A DNA stretch of 25,370 nt from a virus (Duplodnaviria; Caudoviricetes), in IMG/VR virus record IMGVR_UViG_3300032243_000590, positions 1 to 25,370 of that record. One strand, given 5' to 3'. Position 1 is the stretch's first letter. The number at the start of each line of letters is the position of its first letter. This document shows, one piece after another, positions 16,663 to 24,378 of this stretch. Below the pieces are notes generated by a model that was given only the letters and a program-made list of their open reading frames with translations, ran no database searches and was not told where the DNA came from. A program made the position numbers and the translations under genes.

Positions 16663-18103
16663 GCTCGTTATTAAAGACGAAGTCAACATCAAAATCGATG
16701 GGCTGGCTGTTGAGACACGACGTAAAATTGTCAACAAATTAAAGTTTGATTTGCCTTATGCACGGCATATGCCTGCTTATAAATTAGGTCGATGGGACGG
16801 CACTAAAACTTATTTCAGCATTGGCGGCACTGGTTATCTTGCACATCTGGATGTGATATTACCTATCATCGAAGACAACGGCTATGAGATTGAGATTGAA
16901 GATTTACGAACACATACCAAAATAGAATTTGCACCTATTACAGAAAATTATTGGGCCGACAAAGGTAAGACATGGCCCCAAGGACATCCTAATGCAGGCG
17001 ATCCAATTGTATTACGTGACTATCAATATGACGTCATTAATAAGTTTTTAGAAAACTCACAAAGCCTACAAGAAGTGGCAACTGGTGCAGGTAAAACAAT
17101 TACTACTGCTACACTTAGCCATCTTTGTGAGCCATACGGCCGAACAATGGTCATTGTACCTAACAAGAGTCTTGTGGTTCAGACAGAAGAAGATTATATC
17201 AATCTAGGTCTAGATGTTGGTGTATATTTTGGCGACCGCAAAGAGCTAGGACGTACTCATACTATCTGTACATGGCAAAGTCTAAACGTATTAGATAAGA
17301 AAAGCTACGATAGCGATACCCTAACTTTAGCAGAATTTACTGAGGGCGTAACCGCCATAATCATTGACGAAGTGCATCAAGCTAAAGCTGAAGTATTGAC
17401 AAAACTACTCACTCAAAACTTTAGAAATTGTGCTATTCGCTGGGGACTTACTGGAACCATTCCAAAAGAGCAATGGGAGTTTCAAGGTATTTTAGCCAGC
17501 ATTGGTCCTGTAATTAATCAAGTATCTGCTCATGATTTACAGGAAAAAGGTGTGTTAGCCAATTTAAATATTAACATACTGCAAACTAATGATGTACAGA
17601 TATTTAGAAGTTATCAAGACGAATATAGTTTCTTGGTTACGGATCCAACAAGACTAGATTGGATCGCAAACAAAATAAAACAAGTAAGTCAACACGGTAA
17701 TACACTAGTCTTAATCAATCGCATTGACACTGGAAATCAATTATTAAAACTGATTCCAGATGCAGTATTTGTCAGTGGAGGGATGAAGCTCGACGACAGG
17801 AAAGAAGAATATGATGAAATTAAAACTAGTAGTGACAAGATTATTATTGCTACCTATGGTGTTGCTGCTGTGGGCATTAATATCCCTCGCATTTTTAATC
17901 TTGTGCTTATTGAGCCCGGTAAGTCTTTTGTTCGGGTCATCCAATCAATCGGTCGTGGCATACGGAAGGCGGAAGACAAAGACCATGTCGAAATCTGGGA
18001 CATAACGTCAGCATGCAAATATGCCAAGCGACATTTAACAGAAAGAAAGAAATTTTATAAGGACGCCAAGTATCCTTTTATAATCACCAAGGTAAACATA
18101 TGA
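16649..18103 (+). CDS. uvsW: UvsW-like SF2 DNA helicase
   Basis: WDG, LRDYQ, ATGAGKT, DEVH, GLTGT, GINIP, QSIGRGIR and IWDI; TTG start with AAGGA upstream. Confidence 0.9.
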   Translation: MSTCKLVIKDEVNIKIDGLAVETRRKIVNKLKFDLPYARHMPAYKLGRWDGTKTYFSIGGTGYLAHLDVILPIIEDNGYEIEIEDLRTHTKIEFAPITENYWADKGKTWPQGHPNAGDPIVLRDYQYDVINKFLENSQSLQEVATGAGKTITTATLSHLCEPYGRTMVIVPNKSLVVQTEEDYINLGLDVGVYFGDRKELGRTHTICTWQSLNVLDKKSYDSDTLTLAEFTEGVTAIIIDEVHQAKAEVLTKLLTQNFRNCAIRWGLTGTIPKEQWEFQGILASIGPVINQVSAHDLQEKGVLANLNINILQTNDVQIFRSYQDEYSFLVTDPTRLDWIANKIKQVSQHGNTLVLINRIDTGNQLLKLIPDAVFVSGGMKLDDRKEEYDEIKTSSDKIIIATYGVAAVGINIPRIFNLVLIEPGKSFVRVIQSIGRGIRKAEDKDHVEIWDITSACKYAKRHLTERKKFYKDAKYPFIITKVNI

Positions 18104-18702
18104 TTTCACCGAGTCAATTAAAACAAGATTTGTTTGCTCTCTCTGCTGCAAAAAATAAAACATATATTGAAATCGGTGCATGGAAACCAGTTCACTACAG
18201 TAATACATATGTATTGGAAGAACAAGGATGGAAAGGATTTAGTCTCGAAATCGAACTTCTTAAAAAATCATTATGGGATGAATGTCCTGAAAGACAAAAT
18301 AAAATCTATTGGGGAAATGCATTAACATTTGATTATAAGCAGGCATTGATAGAAAATAATCTTCCTATGCATATCGGATATCTCAGCTGTGATATAGAGC
18401 CACCAGAAAACACATTTGCCGCATTACAAAGAGTAATCGAACAAGGAATCACATTTGATTGCATTACATTCGAACATGACAAATATCAGAATGAAGTTGA
18501 CTACGATCCGATCGTTACAGAATATCTAAAAACTCGTGGCTATAAGGTAGCAGTTTCAGATGTATTTAGAACTCGAAAATATCGAGTGCCCGACCAAAAA
18601 AAGAAAGACATAAAAATTTGTATGATGGAAACTTGGTATGTTAATAATACTATTGATTTTTGCGAACAAACTTATGAACAATGGATATTACAAACACTAT
18701 GA
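18100..18702 (+). CDS. FkbM-like (Methyltransf_21) SAM-dependent methyltransferase
   Basis: YIEIGA, SNTYVLE..GWKG, YLSCDIEP and ITFEHD. Confidence 0.72.
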   Translation: MISPSQLKQDLFALSAAKNKTYIEIGAWKPVHYSNTYVLEEQGWKGFSLEIELLKKSLWDECPERQNKIYWGNALTFDYKQALIENNLPMHIGYLSCDIEPPENTFAALQRVIEQGITFDCITFEHDKYQNEVDYDPIVTEYLKTRGYKVAVSDVFRTRKYRVPDQKKKDIKICMMETWYVNNTIDFCEQTYEQWILQTL

Positions 18703-19205
18703 AAATTTTAACACTGAACAATAGATCTTTTGATCTAAACGAACTTCCGGATGAAGTGGACGAGGACACTAGATTTAGCGTACTAGATAACAGTAATCCT
18801 AGTGAGCCAGACTTTTTCTTTATGCCGCTAATTTTCTTAGAGTCATTTAACAGTCCTGCAATTCTATTAAATGTCGGCGGGTATGAAGTACAAATGCCTT
18901 TAGACTGGTGCATGATTGTTGGCGACAAAGAGTGCGGTCTAGACCCAGAAGTCTTGCCGTTAACAAGTATCAATGAACGTGGATTTGATGCATTTGTTTT
19001 TAATCCTGTTAACGGATTCAAAGCAGAGTACATGCCGATCGAAATAGTAAATATCTATCAAGATGTCCGCTGGTATTTTCCAAAGATGAAAAACGGTCAA
19101 TTGTTAACTGTGCCGTTACACGATGGTGATAGTCCACCTTGCGTATATTTTGTAAAAGAAGTTAGTAGACAATGCGAAGTTCTACAACTAGATAAGGTTT
19201 TATAA
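18699..19205 (+). CDS. hypothetical protein (possible degenerate Hint-like beta fold)
   Basis: ATGA-coupled start at 18699; beta-rich sequence pattern. Confidence 0.75.
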   Translation: MKILTLNNRSFDLNELPDEVDEDTRFSVLDNSNPSEPDFFFMPLIFLESFNSPAILLNVGGYEVQMPLDWCMIVGDKECGLDPEVLPLTSINERGFDAFVFNPVNGFKAEYMPIEIVNIYQDVRWYFPKMKNGQLLTVPLHDGDSPPCVYFVKEVSRQCEVLQLDKVL

Positions 19206-19215
19206 AGGAAAAATC

Positions 19216-19572
19216 ATGATAGCAGGTAAAGTATGGGGCGGCACTGAGCTCCTTGAAGCTAACGGTGTATTAGAGTTTCACCGCATTAAGGCCCGTGCTG
19301 GCGGCATCTGTTCAAAGCACAGACACAAATTTAAATGGAACGGGTTTTTTGTTGAATCTGGAAAAATGATCATTCGTGTTTGGAAAAATAACTATGATCT
19401 AGTTGATGAAACAGTTCTTACCGCAGGTCAATATACTAAAGTTGCTCCAGGTGAATATCATCAATTTGAAGCTCTAGAAGACACAGTTGCATTTGAATTA
19501 TATTGGGCAGAGTTTGATCACGAAGACATCGAACGTGATACTGTGGGAAAAATGAAGAATGGGAAATCTTAA
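19216..19572 (+). CDS. cupin-domain protein (sugar isomerase-like)
   Basis: KVWG, CSKHRH, FFVESG and PGEYHQF cupin motifs; AAGGA RBS. Confidence 0.8.
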   Translation: MIAGKVWGGTELLEANGVLEFHRIKARAGGICSKHRHKFKWNGFFVESGKMIIRVWKNNYDLVDETVLTAGQYTKVAPGEYHQFEALEDTVAFELYWAEFDHEDIERDTVGKMKNGKS

Positions 19573-19849
19573 GCCGGGTGCAAAGTACATCTATGAGCGA
19601 GCAGATGGAGTGACCTATGCCCGAGAGATTGGCACTGGCACAAGAGAAGCTATAGGATGGCAATATGATCCTACCGTTCCTAATTTTGATCCCAGGACAT
19701 CAGACGGCAGACCGTTGCACGACCACATAACAGACAGTAAACTCTGGGGCGATATTCGGCGAGCCGCAAAGACAAATCCCGCTTTACAAACGGCCTTAGA
19801 TAATGTTAAAATAATGTATCACTTGAGTAAAGACAATGGGACAAAATAA
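19559..19849 (+). CDS. hypothetical protein
   Basis: 96-aa ORF overlapping both neighbours; YIYERADGVTYAR. Confidence 0.72.
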   Translation: MGNLKPGAKYIYERADGVTYAREIGTGTREAIGWQYDPTVPNFDPRTSDGRPLHDHITDSKLWGDIRRAAKTNPALQTALDNVKIMYHLSKDNGTK

Positions 19850-20315
19850 ACACGTAGATCTCTTTAAAGACATAATACCCGCAGTAGACATGGGTATTAA
19901 AGAATTATGGGATGCTGTTACTGAAGACGGCCAAAAAGAAATCAAAGGTGATTTTTGGAATCTTAATCGCTACATTAGTAATGTTAAATCTAATAACAGA
20001 GAATTACAAGAACATTTTCTTTTAACAACAAACGAATACTATAATAAAAACTGGAACGACATTCAGAAGCATCCTAAACTAGTATGGCAAACTCTATGCT
20101 TATGTAGTCATGAAAGTAAGAAAACACAGTTCCATGAATGGCTTCCTTTAAAGAAACAAAAAGATAAAAAAACAGAGTTTTTAGCTGAACTATTCCCTAA
20201 CATGAAACGGAGCGACCTTGAAACTCTTTCTGCAATTACCACAGACAAAGAAATTAAAAAATACTGTGAAGACCTCGGTTGGGACAAAAAACAAGTCAAT
20301 GCAATTAAATTTTAA
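19836..20315 (+). CDS. probable clamp-loader small subunit (T4 gp62-like)
   Basis: LNRYIS, NEYYN and FHEWLP spacing resembles gp62 family proteins; size and context fit; similarity is weak. Confidence 0.5.
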   Translation: MGQNKHVDLFKDIIPAVDMGIKELWDAVTEDGQKEIKGDFWNLNRYISNVKSNNRELQEHFLLTTNEYYNKNWNDIQKHPKLVWQTLCLCSHESKKTQFHEWLPLKKQKDKKTEFLAELFPNMKRSDLETLSAITTDKEIKKYCEDLGWDKKQVNAIKF

Positions 20316-20982
20316 ATGCGAATATTGCCAAAAACTCTTTGCTAAAGAAAAAACTTTAGTGGTTCATGTTTGCGAACAAAAGCGCAGGCACATGAGCAAG
20401 ACTGAAAAACATGTGCAGGTAGGTTTATTGACTTTTCAAAAGTTTTATGAATTTACCAGCAGGGGCAAAACACAAAAAACATTTGATGAATTTGCATCGA
20501 GTCCATACTATACAGCTTTTGTAAAATTCGGCAGCTTTATGGTCAATACTGCCCCTATCTATCCAGAACGGTTTATTGAGTATGTGATCAAGAGCGGAAT
20601 TAAACTTGACCATTGGTGTAGAGATGAGCTGTATGATTCCTATATCAGTGAACTTATTAAAATAGAACCAGCAGACGGCGCAATACAAAGAACCATAAAA
20701 ACCATGATGGATTGGGGAGATTCGAACTCTGCACAATGGGAACACTATTTTGCATATGTTAATCTTAATAGAGCAACGCATGATATTAAAGAAGGCTTGA
20801 TAAGCCCGTGGATTTTGTTAAATACCAAAGCAGGAAAAGAAATGCTTCAGCGCATGAATGATGAGCAACTAGACATTATTGGTCCAGTCATTGATCCACA
20901 ATTTTGGATGCGTCGATTTAAATCTCTACCAGCAGACATAGAACTTATTAAAGACGTTATCAAGGAGGCGAAGATTTTATAA
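20299..20982 (+). CDS. hypothetical protein with N-terminal zinc finger
   Basis: FKCEYCQKLFAKEKTLVVHVC (C-x2-C-x3-F-x5-L-x2-H-x-C); start 20299 preferred over 20218. Confidence 0.75.
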   Translation: MQLNFKCEYCQKLFAKEKTLVVHVCEQKRRHMSKTEKHVQVGLLTFQKFYEFTSRGKTQKTFDEFASSPYYTAFVKFGSFMVNTAPIYPERFIEYVIKSGIKLDHWCRDELYDSYISELIKIEPADGAIQRTIKTMMDWGDSNSAQWEHYFAYVNLNRATHDIKEGLISPWILLNTKAGKEMLQRMNDEQLDIIGPVIDPQFWMRRFKSLPADIELIKDVIKEAKIL

Positions 20983-21206
20983 TGCCAAAGCGACCAGAAT
21001 CAGAAGTCCAAGAAGAAGATTTAAAAGATAACGAAGAATTTATTTCCAGAGATGATATAGATATCGAAGTAGTTGTTGCTAATGATACCAACGATGTCTA
21101 TGTTAAATTTAGTGGATTTGAGGATGATGAAGATGCCGAAGAATATGCCGAGTTTCTAGCATCAACATTACCATTGTTATTATTTGAAAGTACCAGGATG
21201 CACTAA
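20982..21206 (+). CDS. small acidic hypothetical protein
   Basis: 74 aa, TAATG-coupled on both sides, AGGAGG upstream. Confidence 0.72.
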   Translation: MPKRPESEVQEEDLKDNEEFISRDDIDIEVVVANDTNDVYVKFSGFEDDEDAEEYAEFLASTLPLLLFESTRMH

Positions 21207-21784
21207 TGCCAGACATTGATATTGACTTTTTAGATCGAGAACAAGCAATTAAATTATTTGATTGTGTTGGAGCCAGTCGTCTTGAAAACAACAAGTTGAC
21301 TAAACATAATACTGGCATTTACTTGCACGAAGTGCCAGTTGATCCGATTAGCGGCTTATGTGCAGTACCGTATGAAACAGCAGAAGATCAAAAGTTCTTT
21401 AAAATAGATTTTTTAAATGTTGGAATCTATAAGGGTGTTCGAGACGAAAATCATCTTGACCAATTAATGAATACGGAGCCACTATGGGATTTGCTTTTAG
21501 ACGACAACTTCAACAGCTTGCTCTTTCACGTCAACGGACATGGTGGTATCTTACGAGAAATGAAGCCGAAATGTATCCAAGAATTAGCAGCAGTATTAGC
21601 AATGATCCGTCCGGCGAAGAGACATCTAGTTGGAAAGAGTTGGAAAGAAATAATGCAGGATGTTTGGACAAAACCAGAGAATGCTGATTACTTTTTTAAG
21701 AAATCGCATGCTACTGCATATGCAGTTGCAATTGTTGTTCAGATGAATTTAATCTGTGAACAAGTTAGTTACGAATTTAGTTAA
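21206..21784 (+). CDS. miniature DNA polymerase III alpha (DnaE, family C)-like protein
   Basis: MPDIDIDF, KHNTGIY, KIDFLNV, LAAVLAMIRPA and YFFKKSHATAYA are colinear with DnaE palm/fingers motifs. Confidence 0.85.
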   Translation: MPDIDIDFLDREQAIKLFDCVGASRLENNKLTKHNTGIYLHEVPVDPISGLCAVPYETAEDQKFFKIDFLNVGIYKGVRDENHLDQLMNTEPLWDLLLDDNFNSLLFHVNGHGGILREMKPKCIQELAAVLAMIRPAKRHLVGKSWKEIMQDVWTKPENADYFFKKSHATAYAVAIVVQMNLICEQVSYEFS

Positions 21785-22152
21785 GTTGGTTTTCTAACTA
21801 GCGTAATACTTTTACGTTTTATTCTTTTTGTTATAATATCATTTAAACTTGTACACGGCCCTAATACAAGTCTGACATCTTTAGTTGAAAAATTCTTGAT
21901 TGCATATCTAAACTCAAAAATTTCTCTAGACAAGAATATGTTAATCGGTATTTGTCTATTTGACTCCCACCACCATGCTTCGCCTAATTCTAAAAACTTG
22001 GCTTTTTCTGTTTCTGTTTTAATAGAAGCATAATCGTATAGGCTGGTTATTGCAGCATCTTGATTGATGATAATGCCCACGTATTCTTGACTTACGTGAG
22101 TCACAACGCTGATAAACGGAAAATTTTCTTGTAGGTTTTCGGTGATTCTCAT
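21781..22152 (-). CDS. hypothetical protein
   Basis: Starts MRITENLQENFPF; contains WWWESNRQIPINIFL; start 22152 avoids overlap with the divergent gene. Confidence 0.72.
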   Translation of the reverse strand: MRITENLQENFPFISVVTHVSQEYVGIIINQDAAITSLYDYASIKTETEKAKFLELGEAWWWESNRQIPINIFLSREIFEFRYAIKNFSTKDVRLVLGPCTSLNDIITKRIKRKSITLVRKPT

Positions 22153-22154
22153 AC

Positions 22155-22207
22155 TAAATATATTAAAGGGTCGACAAATGTATGCAACTAATTCCAGTGT
22201 ATTTATA
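22155..22207. promoter_or_regulatory. divergent T4-late-like promoters
   Basis: TAAATA on + at 22155-22160, upstream of 22182; TATAAATA on - at 22200-22207, upstream of 22152. Confidence 0.5.
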
Positions 22208-23240
22208 TCCAAATCGAATCGAGGTCTATACAAATGTCCCGGGGCAATGGCGCAACGAGAGGTATCGCAGAGTGTATAATCGCAATGTTAAAATATTCCG
22301 AGGTCTTGATAATCGGGTTGATATACAAGTTCGTAATTCTGATGAAAAAGCGTTAGATACAACAGGCTACAAAGTATACTTCAATTTAGTTGAACGTAAT
22401 AAACAATCTCTAGTACTTACCAAAGAGTGTGTCATAGTGGACTCCGTTAAGGGAAAATTCTATGTCACACTAACTGAAGTGGAATTGTACGATATCAACA
22501 ACGGCTTTTATCAGTATTCGCTACACAGGCAAGACTTAACAGGTCGCAAGACTCCGCTGTATGTAGACAGTCAATACGGCGCCAATGCAACTATTGAAGT
22601 AGTTGGTGATGTTAGAGGAGATGCAACTCCTAGTCTATCAGTTACTACATTTACCTATGTACAACCTAGCGTAACCGGGTATATCAACGACCCATACTAC
22701 ACTAGCAGTATTATCAATGCTAACTATGACACTTCCGCAAGTCGAGGAACACATACATTTGCTCTATATGCATCTAAAGGATACACTGGTAATTTAACGT
22801 TGCAAGGTAGCTTATCAGATAGCGCAGATCCAATCGATTGGATAACAATTAATACTCTAACGCTTGCTAATTCTACGTTGACTTATTACAATACTGTTGG
22901 AAAATGGAAATGGTTTAGATTTACTCAACAGGCACATCTTGGCGACACTGCTTCGTTCACTGTACAACAAACTGTGCTAGGAAGCTATATTGTCAATGTA
23001 AACGAAGGTGGACGAAATTACGCAGTAGGGGAACAATTAGTAGTCCGCGGAGATAATCTAGGCGGTGTTCTAGGAACCAATGATCTACGCATTACCGTCA
23101 CTAATGTCGATGTTAACGGCAGAATCCAAGCAAACGGCGTTACATATACTGGCCAATCTATTATTGATTTCAGAACATTTGTCATAAGCGGAACCAACCC
23201 AAATACCATCGGAAGAGTTGACAAGATACTATACAGATAG
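22182..23240 (+). CDS. putative virion structural protein (beta-rich, BppU-N/Ig-like N-terminal domain)
   Basis: Thr/Gly/Val/Tyr-rich; pattern KGKFYVTLT..EL..I..GFYQYSL; late-type motif upstream. Confidence 0.55.
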   Translation: MQLIPVYLYPNRIEVYTNVPGQWRNERYRRVYNRNVKIFRGLDNRVDIQVRNSDEKALDTTGYKVYFNLVERNKQSLVLTKECVIVDSVKGKFYVTLTEVELYDINNGFYQYSLHRQDLTGRKTPLYVDSQYGANATIEVVGDVRGDATPSLSVTTFTYVQPSVTGYINDPYYTSSIINANYDTSASRGTHTFALYASKGYTGNLTLQGSLSDSADPIDWITINTLTLANSTLTYYNTVGKWKWFRFTQQAHLGDTASFTVQQTVLGSYIVNVNEGGRNYAVGEQLVVRGDNLGGVLGTNDLRITVTNVDVNGRIQANGVTYTGQSIIDFRTFVISGTNPNTIGRVDKILYR

Positions 23241-23246
23241 TATACT
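23218..23246 (+). promoter_or_regulatory. sigma70-type (early) promoter for primase
   Basis: TTGACA (23218-23223), 17 nt, TATACT (23241-23246); ATG follows 6 nt later. Confidence 0.8.
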
Positions 23247-23252
23247 TGTTAT

Positions 23253-24269
23253 ATGACTCTGGTTGTTGACAAATTTCGAACACTAATCCCATCACGTGCT
23301 AGACCTAGCCCCAGCGGCTGGATCAGCTTTAATGCCCCATGTTGCGGTCATCGTGGACATAGTCCAGATACTCGTAAACGTGGCGGACTAATGCTCGGAG
23401 ATACCATTGTATTCAACTGTTTCAACTGTAAATTTTCAACAGGATGGAAACCGGGATCTACCTTATCAACCAAATTTAAAAATTTATGTAAATGGCTAGG
23501 TGCCAGCGACGATGATATCAAACACATGGTCTTCGAAGCTATGAAGACCGAAGCTGCTGACTATGTGCCAGCAGAATCAAAAGATATCGAAACATTTACC
23601 AAAAAAGATTTGCCATTGAACTCATTGCCTATTAAAGAATGGGCTAACCAATCATCAGCATTGTTAACTGAACTAGGACCGGTATTAGAGTATCTTGTTG
23701 ATAGAGGATTTGATCCAGCTGCTGATAATTTTTATTGGAGTCCTGAACCAGGATATGCTGACAGAGTTATCATTCCGTTTTTCTATAACGGAGAAATTGT
23801 AGGCAATACAGCAAGAAAGGTTCGCTCAGGAAAGCCCAAATATCTATCAGATCAACATCCGTTCTTTGTGTTTAATGTTGACGAGCAAACAGAAGAAAAG
23901 AAGTATGTGTTTGTTTGCGAAGGACCGTTTGATGCATTGGCTATGGGTGGTGTTGCACTTCTCACTAATGAAATATCTACACAGCAATCTCGCATAATTA
24001 ATAATATTGGTGCTGAAGTTATTGTAATACCCGACCAAGATATTGCAGGGCTGGCACTAATGGATCAGGCGAAAGAGCTTGGCTGGAAAGTGGCATTCCC
24101 TACTTGGGACCGTGATGTTAAAGACTGCGCAGATGCAGTTAAAAAATATGGAAAATTATTTGTAATAGTTGATGCAATTAAATCGGCTACAGATAATCCA
24201 GTTAAAATAGAAATAGAAAAACGAAAACTTAAAGACAAGTTTGAATTTATGGAGAAGCAGGATGCTTAA
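23253..24269 (+). CDS. DNA primase (DnaG/T4 gp61-like)
   Basis: Zn-binding region APCCGH...FNCFNC, RVIIPF, TARK, PKYL, TOPRIM VCEGPFDA, PDQD and KDCAD. Confidence 0.9.
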   Translation: MTLVVDKFRTLIPSRARPSPSGWISFNAPCCGHRGHSPDTRKRGGLMLGDTIVFNCFNCKFSTGWKPGSTLSTKFKNLCKWLGASDDDIKHMVFEAMKTEAADYVPAESKDIETFTKKDLPLNSLPIKEWANQSSALLTELGPVLEYLVDRGFDPAADNFYWSPEPGYADRVIIPFFYNGEIVGNTARKVRSGKPKYLSDQHPFFVFNVDEQTEEKKYVFVCEGPFDALAMGGVALLTNEISTQQSRIINNIGAEVIVIPDQDIAGLALMDQAKELGWKVAFPTWDRDVKDCADAVKKYGKLFVIVDAIKSATDNPVKIEIEKRKLKDKFEFMEKQDA

Positions 24270-24378
24270 AAAAATATTAGATATACTTTGTTATCCTTGG
24301 AGGAAGTACCAAGAACACAAAGCGTGGAAAGCCAAATTAAAAGAATTACGTAAACGTGATCCTTTTATCTACAAATGA
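24262..24378 (+). CDS. 38-aa basic peptide (MLKKILDILCYPWRKYQEHKAWKAKLKELRKRDPFIYK), not in the ORF track
   Basis: Translated by hand; exactly fills the primase-carbamoyltransferase gap; GGAG upstream; ATGA overlap with the next gene. Confidence 0.75.
   Translation: MLKKILDILCYPWRKYQEHKAWKAKLKELRKRDPFIYK

Noticed and set aside
16649-18103. Intein or intron in the helicase (also considered for uvsX and primase)
   Set aside because: Motif spacing and lengths are normal, with no splice-junction residues or homing endonuclease motifs.
1052-22233. Longest-ORF starts at 1052, 4702, 12382, 14183, 18681, 20218 and 22233
   Set aside because: Downstream ATGs (1094, 4720, 12376, 14156, 18699, 20299, 22152) fit RBS, overlap coupling, promoter position or domain boundaries better.
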